From Aulosira sp. ZfuVER01 (lineage in GTDB: Bacteria > Cyanobacteriota > Cyanobacteriia > Cyanobacteriales > Nostocaceae): a stretch of 64,000 nt of DNA. Shown here piece by piece: positions 30,459 to 41,799 of the stretch. Both the position numbers and the translations under genes were made by a program. Location: positions 96,001 to 160,000 of the forward strand of contig JAVRCV020000004.1 in NCBI GenBank assembly GCA_034530615.2, read 5' to 3'. Position 1 is the stretch's first letter. Each line of letters begins with the position of its first letter. The notes beneath the pieces are model-generated. The model did no database searches and had not been told where the DNA came from. It saw nothing but the letters and a program-made list of their open reading frames with translations.

Positions 30459-31163
30459 TTAATCACAATCACTTCTTAAATGCAACATAACAGCAGAAGA
30501 GAGTCCATCCCAAAGCGGAGTGTTTACATCAGCTTGTCTCAATGCTTCTGCTGTCCAAGTATTACAATTTCTCAAAATTGAATAACTGCCCACTGCGTCA
30601 TAAAAGCCAGCATTAGCAGTATGACCATTACCAATACGGATGACTTTGCCTTGATTGTCAATCTTAAACGTAGCTTGAATAAATTTTGTTAAGTCTAAAT
30701 AATTATTTTTATTAACTTTAATACATTTAACTTCTAGATAATCTGGTATTAATTGATAACCTTGAACATATATTACAGAAGGAGTTGGTAGAAATAACGC
30801 TCTCAAAGTCGTAGACAATCGTAAATCTGCCACAGAAGGCGTTGACATATAAAAATCGCGCTCGCCCCAACCAAAACTCAAATAATTATAATTCTCTAAA
30901 TTATCTATGCCAATTCTCTCTATAGAGATATACTTATGCCAATCAAAAACAGAATTTTTGGTTGGTACAATAATATTAGAATGAATACCAGTATTAGCAA
31001 TACAAATACTCAAATTACAATTATCTTTTGGCTGATAACTCCATTTCCTAGGGATGAATACACCAATAGCTAATAAGGCTAGACTAGATAAACCCAATCT
31101 AAAAAAATAACGCCGACATAAACAACAGCGAGCAAGTAAATTATTAGTAAATTTCATCACCAT
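30459..31163 (-). CDS. DUF2459 (TIGR02117-like) protein
   Basis: GIHSNIIVP, FGWGERDFY, YSILRNCNTWTA. Confidence 0.75.
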   Translation of the reverse strand: MVMKFTNNLLARCCLCRRYFFRLGLSSLALLAIGVFIPRKWSYQPKDNCNLSICIANTGIHSNIIVPTKNSVFDWHKYISIERIGIDNLENYNYLSFGWGERDFYMSTPSVADLRLSTTLRALFLPTPSVIYVQGYQLIPDYLEVKCIKVNKNNYLDLTKFIQATFKIDNQGKVIRIGNGHTANAGFYDAVGSYSILRNCNTWTAEALRQADVNTPLWDGLSSAVMLHLRSDCD

Positions 31164-31354
31164 AAGGAGATAAGGGGACAAAGTGAGACAGCGCTGCGGG
31201 AGGTTTAGCCCAACCCAGGCGACTGCGTTCACCGAAGGGAAAACAAATGACTATTGCCTATTGCCTTCTTGACAAATGACAAATGACAAATGACGAACCG
31301 CACTAGTTAACTTTATTTGCGCCGACCTACTTAAAAATATAAAAGGTAATACCC

Positions 31355-32242
31355 ATGAGTCCCCGCGCACTGCTGTTAATAAATCGTCATGCTCGCCAAG
31401 GGCAAAAGAGCCTCACAGAAGCGATTGAATGCCTAAAAACATCAGGCTTTGATTTAATTGAGGAATCTACAGAACATCCTGACCGTCTGAGTGAAACTAT
31501 TCTTCGCTACCGAGATCGAGTTGACTTAGTGATTGTTGGCGGTGGTGACGGAACACTCAATGCTGCGGTAGATGCTTTAGTTGATACGCAATTACCTTTA
31601 GGTATCTTACCGTTAGGAACTGCTAACGATTTAGCCCGGACTTTAGGAATCCCCAATTCCTTAACCGAAGCGTGCAACATTATTGCCACTGGAGAACAGC
31701 GCCGCATTGATTTAGGTTGGGTAAATGGCAAGCATTTTTTCAATGTCGCTAGTATGGGACTGAGTGTAAAAATTACTGAGCGACTAACCAAAGAAGTGAA
31801 GCGCCGTTGGGGAGTATTCGCTTACCTGGCCACAGCATTGCAAGTAGCCTGGGAATCGCGACCATTTAGCGCCGAAATTCGCGTTAACGGTGAAGTGATT
31901 CGCGTGCGAACGGTACAGATTGCTATAGGCAATGGTCGGTATTATGGTGGTGGTATGGCAGTAGCTCACGATGCCACAATCGACGATCAAAGACTCGATC
32001 TCTACAGCTTAGAAATTAACCATTGGTGGCAAATCATACCCTTACTTCCAGCCATGCGACAAGGACGACATATAAAATGGCGAGAAGTCCGGGCCCTTCA
32101 AGGTCAAGAAATGGAAATCCATACCCGGAAACCGCGTCCAATCAATACTGACGGGGAGATAACCACCTATACCCCTGCACATTTTTTCGTTATCCCTAAA
32201 GCGGTAGCTGTGTTTGTCCCATCAGAAGGAGCTAAGTTTTAA
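31355..32242 (+). CDS. YegS/diacylglycerol kinase family lipid kinase
   Basis: GGGDGT, PLGTANDLAR, NGRYYGGG. Confidence 0.92.
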   Translation: MSPRALLLINRHARQGQKSLTEAIECLKTSGFDLIEESTEHPDRLSETILRYRDRVDLVIVGGGDGTLNAAVDALVDTQLPLGILPLGTANDLARTLGIPNSLTEACNIIATGEQRRIDLGWVNGKHFFNVASMGLSVKITERLTKEVKRRWGVFAYLATALQVAWESRPFSAEIRVNGEVIRVRTVQIAIGNGRYYGGGMAVAHDATIDDQRLDLYSLEINHWWQIIPLLPAMRQGRHIKWREVRALQGQEMEIHTRKPRPINTDGEITTYTPAHFFVIPKAVAVFVPSEGAKF

Positions 32243-32396
32243 CCTTTGCGTGTTAGGTTGGCAACACATAACACATTAACGCTCAATAAAAATTTGATTT
32301 TTTACGGAATTATTTGTAGAACAAATGTATACCTTAATAAAACGATTTACTTAACTAAAGCTGGGTATTGTGGAAACTCGCCAAGACTCAAGCCAA

Positions 32397-33002
32397 ATGC
32401 ATCTCAGATTCTCTCAAGAAATTAAGTCATTGTTGCAACACTTAGCTGAACACCCACTAACTTTAGGAGAGATTTTAGCAAAAACTGCCGAACGGGGTTT
32501 TAGTTTAGCGATCGCATTGTTAGTTTTGCCCTTTTTGTTTCCGATGCCACCCGGATTAACCGGGCCATTTGGCACTGCTTGCTTGATATTATCATTGCAG
32601 ATGGTTTTAGGAAGGCGATCGCCTTGGCTACCCAAAAAAATTGCCAATTACAAATTTCCTCGGCGTTTTGCCCACGTATTGTTACATAACCTGCGACAAG
32701 TCACTAGGATTGTAGAAAAAATTGCCCGTCCCCGGTTAGGAAAAATAGCAAATAGTCATTGGGCTTGGCGATTCAATGGTTTTTGTATCTCGTGGTTAAC
32801 CGTATTACTAATTTCGCCAATTCCCTTCACAAATCCTATCCCTACTATTGGTATTTTACTACTAGCCATTGCTACCGTCGAATCTGATGGTTTATTGATG
32901 TGTATTAGCTATATAGTTACTGTTTTAATTACAGGATTATTTGGATTTATCGGTTATGCACTGTGGTTAGCGCCGAGTTTGTTACCATCTATTTTGAGAT
33001 AA
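32397..33002 (+). CDS. ExoD family membrane protein
   Basis: LPFLFPMPPG, PWLP, PIPFTNPIP. Confidence 0.85.
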   Translation: MHLRFSQEIKSLLQHLAEHPLTLGEILAKTAERGFSLAIALLVLPFLFPMPPGLTGPFGTACLILSLQMVLGRRSPWLPKKIANYKFPRRFAHVLLHNLRQVTRIVEKIARPRLGKIANSHWAWRFNGFCISWLTVLLISPIPFTNPIPTIGILLLAIATVESDGLLMCISYIVTVLITGLFGFIGYALWLAPSLLPSILR

Positions 33003-33011
33003 ATTTAGATA

Positions 33012-33067
33012 ATAAAAGTCCCCAACTGAAAGCTGAGGACTGTACTTAAAATTAAGGTGCATCTACC
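33012..33067 (-). ncRNA. Probable NsiR1-like small RNA (single copy)
   Basis: Minus strand GGTAGATGCACCTT then hairpin AGTCCTCAGCT-TTC-AGTTGGGGACT and a T-run; DIF1-like TCCCGA about 30-35 nt upstream. Match to NsiR1 is from memory. Confidence 0.55.
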
Positions 33068-33143
33068 ATCTCTATATCCGTCATTATTTTGTGCGATCGG
33101 GAAGAATTTAGATTAATTACACAAAGTTGATAAAAATAAATTC

Positions 33144-33224
33144 TTATACCAATTCACGAAAATTCTGATACAGATAAAACCCTCTACCGCGTATTTGTAT
33201 CATTCTGAAAGTGAAATGGTATAA
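33144..33224. mobile_element. Short MITE-like element
   Basis: TTATACCAATTCAC ... GTGAAATGGTATAA TIRs. Confidence 0.65.
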
Positions 33225-33257
33225 CTACCACCCTATCAAAATTTTTGCGATCAACCA

Positions 33258-33393
33258 CTAGTGGTCTGTCCCATTAATTCTGATGGGTTTGAGGAACGAA
33301 CCGCAAAGTACGCGAAGTACACGAAGGAAGAGGAAAAAGAAGAGAAATTGAAAAGTGGCTTTACCCAGCAAAACTAATGCGATAGACCACTAG
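33258..33393. mobile_element. CTAG-bounded MITE with about 30-bp imperfect TIRs
   Basis: CTAGTGGTCTGTCCCATTAATTCTGATGGG ... CCCAGCAAAACTAATGCGATAGACCACTAG; right CTAG contains the stop codon of the adjacent gene. Confidence 0.8.
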
Positions 33394-34376
33394 TTCTCCA
33401 TTGCTTGAAGAACTTTGAGATATAAATTTTCTACTCTCTTAGTTTGGAGTTCACCAAACGAGGCATAGTTGAGTAAACCAGGAGAGCCATTAACCTCGAT
33501 GAGAGTATAGTCTCCCATTGGCTGAGTGATATCACTAGTAATAATATCTACACCTGCTAATCTTAGCCCCATATCTTTTGTAATATTAATTGCCAACTTT
33601 TGAAAATCTGGATGGATAGTTTCAGTTAAATCAACTGCTTCGCCCCCACTTGATAAATTTGCATTGTCCAAAAGATAAACAATATTGTCTTTTGGTATCA
33701 CACTATCGAAAGTTAGTTTTTGTCGCTGCAACTTTCTTTTGATTCTAAAATCCTCAAAATCGATAATTCTTCTACCAGTTTTATTTAGAATTACCTGTTT
33801 TTTTTGCAAAAGTTCCCAAACACTAGATTTAGCATCTCCCACCACAAATAAGGGAATTCTTTGATAAGTAATAATTACTTCTTCATCTAGTACTACAATT
33901 CTGTAATCATTACCAAGATGAAATCGCTCAACTATAAACCCTGAAGTTATTTGTAAGATTTTTTTAGCTACTTGATAGTATTCTCGTTTATTATGAACCT
34001 TCGTAACTAATATACCTTGGCTAAGATTAAGTGGCTTGACAATTACAGGAAATCCTAAATCTTTAGCATAATTAAAACCATCATCTATATTTCTTAATGT
34101 GCCTATTTTTTTACATAAGTACTCATTAAAAAATGTTTTGCCTTCAGGAACGCTATATCCAAAATGCCTCAGCAAAAAACTAGAGCAACCTTTATCTTTG
34201 GCAATTTCTGCCGCACCGAAACCATTAATATTGAATTGAGTAGAGCGAAAAACTGTTTTTTTACCGTTTTTGAAAGTAATGTGTCCGACAAATTTACATT
34301 CAGGATCTACTAACAGTACTGCTCCTATTTGCTCAACCAATTTTTGCAGTATTGATACTATAAATGGTGTCTTCAT
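33390..34376 (-). CDS. Stand-alone ATP-grasp ligase (cyanophycin synthetase/GshAB-like domain)
   Basis: FPVIVKPLNLSQGILV, DYRIVVL, NANLSSGG, GVDII, IEVNGSPG; no Mur-ligase domain. Confidence 0.8.
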   Translation of the reverse strand: MKTPFIVSILQKLVEQIGAVLLVDPECKFVGHITFKNGKKTVFRSTQFNINGFGAAEIAKDKGCSSFLLRHFGYSVPEGKTFFNEYLCKKIGTLRNIDDGFNYAKDLGFPVIVKPLNLSQGILVTKVHNKREYYQVAKKILQITSGFIVERFHLGNDYRIVVLDEEVIITYQRIPLFVVGDAKSSVWELLQKKQVILNKTGRRIIDFEDFRIKRKLQRQKLTFDSVIPKDNIVYLLDNANLSSGGEAVDLTETIHPDFQKLAINITKDMGLRLAGVDIITSDITQPMGDYTLIEVNGSPGLLNYASFGELQTKRVENLYLKVLQAMEN

Positions 34377-34843
34377 TTTTATAAAGTCTAGTTTTAAACT
34401 TAAAATAATCTACACCTTTGTGCAATTTTTTATCATTAAGAAAAATCCCATAGACATAATTATGGCGATATTTCCTCTCCTACTTTGATATTAATCTGTG
34501 ATTTTCTTAATTACGAATGAAAAAATGGACACAATATATATTCAAGTGCTATGTGCTAGATTGTCAATCCGGCAAAGCTGTTCAGTAAGTGATTAAACAT
34601 AGCAATTTAGTCCTTTCCAAAGAACTAGCAAGGATATCTTTGGCTAATAGGGGGTCAGACCCAGTTTATTAGTTATGTAACGAAAATTATCAGTAACCTT
34701 GTAGATACTTGTGCCCCTTCAACTATACCAAAGACAATTTTTTTACCTTGGGATGAGGGGTATTACCCTCGATTTGCTATCAAAATCATCATCAAATACT
34801 AGGAGTTAAATATTGCTTTTAACTAAACATTTAACACTAAGTG

Positions 34844-34872
34844 TTGACAAGCTAAAAATAATGTATTACTAA
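34844..34872 (+). promoter_or_regulatory. Sigma70-like promoter candidate
   Basis: TTGACA-N17-TACTAA upstream of the small ORF at 34961. Confidence 0.4.
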
Positions 34873-34960
34873 GGGTGCATCAAGGTTTAAGAGGCGTTAC
34901 TACATCCCCGCCAAGAGACTTACTAACGCCCTTGACTTAATTCCTATGGATATCTAGATC

Positions 34961-35197
34961 ATGCCACAAAATACCGATTACGAAGCCTCTACAACAGAAA
35001 ATCAAGCCAAAGCTTACAGAAAACGCCTTAATGCTTGGGCAATCACTCGTATCGTTCCCAATATGGACCCGGTGATTGTAGCTCGGTTCCGCAGTCGTTC
35101 GGATGCAGACGGATATTTGCGACACTTACGCCAGGTGATACCTAACACTAGCTTCGAGATTATTGTTGATTATCCACGCGATGAAGCTGTAATTTGA
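34961..35197 (+). CDS. Small conserved cyanobacterial hypothetical protein
   Basis: WAITRIVPN...VARFRSRSDADGYLRHLRQVIP. Confidence 0.65.
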   Translation: MPQNTDYEASTTENQAKAYRKRLNAWAITRIVPNMDPVIVARFRSRSDADGYLRHLRQVIPNTSFEIIVDYPRDEAVI

Positions 35198-35316
35198 AGT
35201 TTTCAAACGTCTATGTCCTAGACGATTTGCTAGACTGTGGCTTCATAAAAAAGGCGAACACAAAGTTCGCCTCTACTGAATATGGTGTTATGGTGTTACT
35301 TGATTAAACCCAAATT

Positions 35317-36744
<1,428 letters not shown>

Positions 36745-36873
36745 TTAAAGCGAACAAGGCAGGTGAATATAGGGTAGGTTATATGGGGAAAGAATTATTC
36801 TCTCCCCATATTTCTGTGATGTGGCACATAGCACCAGCCAGCAATCCCTAAATCCAACAGGAACGCTAATAAT

Positions 36874-37617
36874 TTAAGCGTTGGGGAAGAGACGGGCAAT
36901 TTCGGATTCATCAAAAACGCCAGCTGGCAGTTCTTCCCCTAAAAATTCATTGTTGCCATCACCTTTTTGCAGTGCTGTTTCGTCACCCCAGACATCTGAT
37001 AACACATCGCTAAAAGCGTTCTCGTCTGTTGAGTTCAAATCCTCAAGTACCTGGTCGTCCAGCTTGATTTCTGATGTAGTGGTCGTATCGAAGGAGATTT
37101 CACCAAACTCATCTAAATCTGCACTGGCTGTATTTTGGGACTCATTGTTGGAATTATGTCCGTTCAGTCCATTTGAGGTTTGATGACCAGAATCTACAAT
37201 GGTAAATTCTTGCGCAACCGCCGCATCCGCAAAGCTGTTGAGATGAGAATTCCTGGCTGTCTCATCTTGGAGGTTTTCATTAATAATGGTTACGGCATCA
37301 TTGTGGTAATCCTCTGAATCTACTTTGTGAATATAGCGATTACCAAGAGCAATGTCTGGGTCGAAATGCAAATCCAATACTTCAATTAAGGTATCGGCGT
37401 CAGGATTCAGTCTGGAAAAGGGTAGCATTAACTGCGCTAATTTTGGCTCTAACGCATTGACAACTCCCAGGATGAGGTAAGAAGGTGGTCGCTTCCCGCC
37501 ATCAGGGGTATACACTGATTCCACCTCCATGTGGAGAGTAATCCAGTCACGATTCGTCTGGAAGAACATTAACCACTTTTGCTTTATTGAATCTGTAAAG
37601 CTATGAAAGAAAGCCAT
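36874..37617 (-). CDS. DUF5331-like protein with acidic low-complexity tail
   Basis: KQKWLMFFQTNRDW...RPPSYLILG; located between chlL and chlN. Confidence 0.7.
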   Translation of the reverse strand: MAFFHSFTDSIKQKWLMFFQTNRDWITLHMEVESVYTPDGGKRPPSYLILGVVNALEPKLAQLMLPFSRLNPDADTLIEVLDLHFDPDIALGNRYIHKVDSEDYHNDAVTIINENLQDETARNSHLNSFADAAVAQEFTIVDSGHQTSNGLNGHNSNNESQNTASADLDEFGEISFDTTTTSEIKLDDQVLEDLNSTDENAFSDVLSDVWGDETALQKGDGNNEFLGEELPAGVFDESEIARLFPNA

Positions 37618-37648
37618 ATTATTTCCCCATCCTGAGAATTTAGATGAT

Positions 37649-38515
37649 TTATACAATCATCAAGTCTAATTCCTCTTCCGGATTCCGTACCTGGGGTTTA
37701 CTCGGATTTAAATAAAAATCGGATAACAAAGAGAACAATTCTCTGTCTTGGGCGTCGTTCGGAACCACGCCTTCTGGACGTGCCAGAATTTGGTCAGCAA
37801 TGTTGAGATAGTAATCGCAAACGTAGTTCAAAGATGGGTCAGATTCTGCCATTTCAAACAAAGTCTTACCCTTAACACGAGAAACGCGGATATCTTCAAT
37901 TAATGGCAGAACTTCCAAAACTGGCATTGGTACTGCTTCTATGTATTTCTCGATCAAATCGCGTTTGGAGGTGCGATTACCAATTAAACCTGCTAGGCGC
38001 AGTGGGTGAGTCCGTGCTTTTTCCCGAACTGAAGCCGCAATGCGATTGGCAGCAAATAAAGCATCAAAGCCGTTGTCAGTAACAATCATGCAGTAATCTG
38101 CATAGTTGAGTGGCGCTGCAAAACCACCGCAAACAACGTCGCCTAGTACGTCAAACAAAATTACGTCGTAAACATCAAAGGCGTTGAGTTCTTTCAGTAA
38201 TTTTACGGTTTCACCAACAACGTAACCACCACATCCAGCACCAGCTGGCGGGCCACCTGCCTCAACGCAATCGACACCACCGTAGCCTTTGTAAATTACA
38301 TCTTCTGGCCAAACGTCTTCGTAGTGGTAGTCCTTTTCTTGCAGGGTATCAATAATTGTGGGAATTAAAAATCCTGTGAGGGTGAAGGTACTGTCATGCT
38401 TGGGGTCGCAGCCAATTTGCAGCACTTTCTTGCCGCGTTTTGCTAGGGCGACTGAGATGTTACAGCTAGTTGTGGATTTGCCGATTCCACCTTTTCCATA
38501 CACTGCTAGTTTCAC
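37649..38515 (-). CDS. chlL: Light-independent protochlorophyllide reductase Fe protein
   Basis: [36 protein letters not shown] start at 38515. Confidence 0.97.
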   Translation of the reverse strand: MKLAVYGKGGIGKSTTSCNISVALAKRGKKVLQIGCDPKHDSTFTLTGFLIPTIIDTLQEKDYHYEDVWPEDVIYKGYGGVDCVEAGGPPAGAGCGGYVVGETVKLLKELNAFDVYDVILFDVLGDVVCGGFAAPLNYADYCMIVTDNGFDALFAANRIAASVREKARTHPLRLAGLIGNRTSKRDLIEKYIEAVPMPVLEVLPLIEDIRVSRVKGKTLFEMAESDPSLNYVCDYYLNIADQILARPEGVVPNDAQDRELFSLLSDFYLNPSKPQVRNPEEELDLMIV

Positions 38516-39297
38516 TGTTGTTTGCCTCTTATAGTTTCTTATCAAACTTTTGGCTGAAACATTTGCCTTCACCTAGCCTGATATGGCGATGCGTGAGGTC
38601 TTGTGGTGTCATTATTGTCCAAATCACCAGGAAAATAAAGGGGGCTGGAATATGAAAAAAGACGATATATGATGCATTTGAATATATAAATATATTTATA
38701 TATTAAAAATCACTTTAAAAACCTTAATAACTAATTAAATATATTTAAAATATAATTTTTAATTTATTTAAATAAAAATAGTTACAAAAGACAAAAAGTC
38801 TTGAGTCCAGTTTTTTCAAGACTTTTGATTGAATTAGATGATGCTCATTACGGTATATGAGAGTCTACGTCAGAGGTGAATATAGAGATTCCCAAGCCTA
38901 AGGTATAAATACCAAAAAAATGATCGACAGCAGTTAAAATGGCAGTTTTTCGTCAATTGTCAAGAATATCTAATTCCTGTTTTTCAGCAATTGCTTTTTA
39001 TATGCAACAAATTATTAAATTTTCAAATATACATTTAGACACAAGCGATAGTGCGATCGCCAATCAGATTTGATATTTACGCGATTTGATTGGAATAGCA
39101 TTTATCTGCTAATGGAAACCAAATCTGAGTTAGCCGTGACAGCCAGGATACCTAGTGAGATACTCAGATAATTCAGCTTTACTAGTTCTGACCAACTCAT
39201 AATTTGAGTAAATTTATGTAAAGAAATTTCCAAAATTTTGATTATTTTTTGTAGCTCGAAACTATCAACCATCAATCAAATGGTAGGAGTCAAGAGT

Positions 39298-39513
39298 ATG
39301 AAAAAAGAGCTTAATAGTACTGAGATTTCTAATTTACCTCCAGTAGAGGAACTTTCTGATGAAGCTCTCTCTACTATCTCTGGCGGTCGCTATAAAAAAC
39401 CCTTGAGTCAAACTAGCACCGTGGGTTTATCGACACCAGACGGCGACCCCGTTGACGTTTATGTTGACGGAGTTCGCGTCAATTCGGTCGAAACTGGATA
39501 CTATCCTAGGTAG
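39298..39513 (+). CDS. Double-glycine-leader peptide (bacteriocin/RiPP-like precursor)
   Basis: EELSDEALSTISGG leader followed by a 41-aa core; AGGAG RBS. Confidence 0.7.
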   Translation: MKKELNSTEISNLPPVEELSDEALSTISGGRYKKPLSQTSTVGLSTPDGDPVDVYVDGVRVNSVETGYYPR

Positions 39514-39531
39514 AGTATCTCACTCGGTAAA

Positions 39532-39786
39532 TCAGGAAACTTCGTCTTCGAGTTGTGCTATTTCCTTCAATGGTTGCCAGCCGGCTTGCCACTGAGAGCT
39601 ATCTTGTAATAATTTGGCATTGAGCCAGAAACGAACTTTTGGATCGCAAGCCGCAACCATTTCAGCGTAAACCCAATTACCTTGATTTTTCCGGTTGACG
39701 ACTTGGAAATGCCGCCAACCATCTATCTTTTGCTGCGCTGTCCATTTAGAACCTAGAAGATAAGGAAATTTTTGTTTTTTTGGCAT
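39532..39786 (-). CDS. TIGR02450-like Trp-rich protein
   Basis: LLGSKWTA...WRHFQV...WQAGW. Confidence 0.8.
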   Translation of the reverse strand: MPKKQKFPYLLGSKWTAQQKIDGWRHFQVVNRKNQGNWVYAEMVAACDPKVRFWLNAKLLQDSSQWQAGWQPLKEIAQLEDEVS

Positions 39787-39810
39787 TTGTCATTGGGCAT
39801 TGGGTATTGG

Positions 39811-39856
39811 GGAGCCAGTCGCGTGGGCGGCTTTGCCAACTTGAGCGAACTGGCGT
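39811..39856. repeat. 46-nt hairpin-forming dispersed repeat inserted in a CATTGGG STRR tract
   Basis: GGAGCCAGTCGC...GCGAACTGGCGT; related copies at 19133-19427 (interrupted), 19152-19196 and a partial one near 63074. Confidence 0.75.
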
Positions 39857-40012
39857 CATTGGGCATTGGGCAAGACTTATTTTTTATTTTTCCCTTCCCT
39901 TGTCTCTCTCATCTCCCCCATTCCCAGTTCCTAAAAGACTGCTGTCTGGGGTGTTCAGGGGCAATGGCATAAAGAATGTTGTAGAGACGCGAAAGTTCGC
40001 GTCTCTGTAAAG

Positions 40013-40690
40013 CTAGGCGATCGCGGCCACTTTATCCAATAATCCTTGAAACAACCTCAAACCATCATTACCGCCTAAAATTGGGTCAGAGGCTCTTTCA
40101 GGGTGGGGCATCATGCCTAAAACATTGCCCTGTCGATTACAAATCCCGGCAATGTTGTTCAATGAACCGTTGGGGTTCTCGCCTACATAACGGAACACAA
40201 CTTGCCCGTTATCTTCCAGTTCTGCAAGAGTGGCTTGATCGGCATAGAATCGACCTTCCCCGTGGGCAACGGGTACAGTGATAATTTCACCAGGTACGTA
40301 AGCTTGCGTCCAAAGAAGATTTGTCCGCTCGACTTTAAGAGGAAGGCGATCGCATATAAAATGCAAATCCTGATTTCTAGTCAGAATCCCTGGTAATAAA
40401 CCAGCTTCCGTTAAAACTTGAAAGCCATTGCAAATACCTAAGACAAACTTACCTTTTTGGGCGTGTTCGACAACCTGCTGCATTACTGGCGAAAATCGTG
40501 CGATCGCACCGCAACGTAAATAATCCCCGTAACTAAAGCCACCAGGTATGACAATCACATCCAAATCAGCAATATCAGTCTCTTGATGCCAAACCATGCG
40601 AGTCGGTTGCTCAAGCAAGTCTCTAGTGACATAAGCAACATCGCGATCGCAATTAGAACCCGGAAAAACTACAACGCCGAATTTTGTCAT
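40013..40690 (-). CDS. purQ: FGAM synthase glutaminase subunit
   Basis: [31 protein letters not shown]. Confidence 0.97.
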   Translation of the reverse strand: MTKFGVVVFPGSNCDRDVAYVTRDLLEQPTRMVWHQETDIADLDVIVIPGGFSYGDYLRCGAIARFSPVMQQVVEHAQKGKFVLGICNGFQVLTEAGLLPGILTRNQDLHFICDRLPLKVERTNLLWTQAYVPGEIITVPVAHGEGRFYADQATLAELEDNGQVVFRYVGENPNGSLNNIAGICNRQGNVLGMMPHPERASDPILGGNDGLRLFQGLLDKVAAIA

Positions 40691-40833
40691 TTGTCATTTG
40701 TTATTAGTCATTTGTGATTGGGGAATTGGGGAATTGGGTATTGGGAATTGGGCATTGGGCAGGAAGGCGAGAGTCATTTGTCATTTCTCCTCCCTGTCCT
40801 CCCTGTCCTCCTTGTCCCCCTCATCCCTAGCCT

Positions 40834-41112
40834 CTAAAACACTCCTGTCTGTGTTTCGACTTCTATTAATTCAAAGCGATAATTTTCAATTACCGGATTT
40901 GAGAGCATTTGGTCACAGATTTGCTCAAGGTCTTGACGTGCTTTAGCCTCTTGCGTTGAGGTAATAGTCAATTCAATGTACTTACCAATCCGCACATTTT
41001 CAACGTTGTCGTATCCCATTTGCTTGAGGCCAGATTGTACAGCCACGCCAGCAGGGTCTAAAACAGAAGGACGAAGTGTCACAAAAATTTTGGCTAGATA
41101 CTTCCTTTGCAC
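40834..41112 (-). CDS. purS: FGAM synthase subunit PurS
   Basis: VLDPAG, VRIGKYIEL, LSNPVIENY. Confidence 0.95.
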   Translation of the reverse strand: MQRKYLAKIFVTLRPSVLDPAGVAVQSGLKQMGYDNVENVRIGKYIELTITSTQEAKARQDLEQICDQMLSNPVIENYRFELIEVETQTGVF

Positions 41113-41257
41113 GAGTTTTCGCTGAATGCTGCGATCGCTATACTATAACTTTCTGTTCCAACTGAGTAAAAATAAGATTATGAAGCGATTATAGTTAATT
41201 TATTTAGTTAGCCAGTATGAGAGCTTCAACCACAGCGGCAAATTTAAACAATTGTCT

Positions 41258-41662
41258 ATGAGAGCCATACGCACCCGCAGTCAGGAGAGGATCTTAAACC
41301 TGTTGAAAACCGTCAAACAAGGAATTTCCGCACAGGATATATACATAGAATTACGTAATCGGAATCAAAGTATGGGGTTAGCAACAGTTTACCGATCCTT
41401 GGAAGCCTTAAAGCTGGAAGGAATGGTACAAATACGGACTCTAGCAAATGGCGAAGCTCTCTATAGCCTAGCGCAGCAAGACAAGCACCACCTCACTTGC
41501 TTGCAATGCGGTATTTCAATTCCGATTAATCAATGCCCAGTACATAACCTGGAAGAGCAGTTAGAAGCCAACCACAAGTTTAAAATTTTTTACCACACTC
41601 TAGAGTTTTTTGGTTTGTGCAACCAATGTCAGAATGAACAAGCAGCTGAAATTAGTCAATAG
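41258..41662 (+). CDS. zur: Fur family regulator (Zur/FurB type)
   Basis: GLATVYRSL, HHLTCLQCG, CNQC; MRAIRTRSQERILNLL start as in Nostoc FurB. Confidence 0.85.
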   Translation: MRAIRTRSQERILNLLKTVKQGISAQDIYIELRNRNQSMGLATVYRSLEALKLEGMVQIRTLANGEALYSLAQQDKHHLTCLQCGISIPINQCPVHNLEEQLEANHKFKIFYHTLEFFGLCNQCQNEQAAEISQ

Positions 41663-41723
41663 TCAAGGGTCAAGGGTCAAAAGGCAATAGGCAATAGGCA
41701 ATAGACAAAATATATTAATTAAT

Positions 41724-41795
41724 CTCCCTTGTCCCCCTTGTCCCCCTTGTCCCCCTTGTCCCCTCATCCCCCTCATCCCCCTCATCCCCCTCATC
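41724..41795. repeat. 9-nt tandem repeats (CCCCCTTGT / CCCCCTCAT)
   Basis: Seen directly between convergent genes; heptamer STRR tracts also at about 9745, 31270, 40720 and 50176. Confidence 0.85.
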
Positions 41796-41799
41796 TCAA

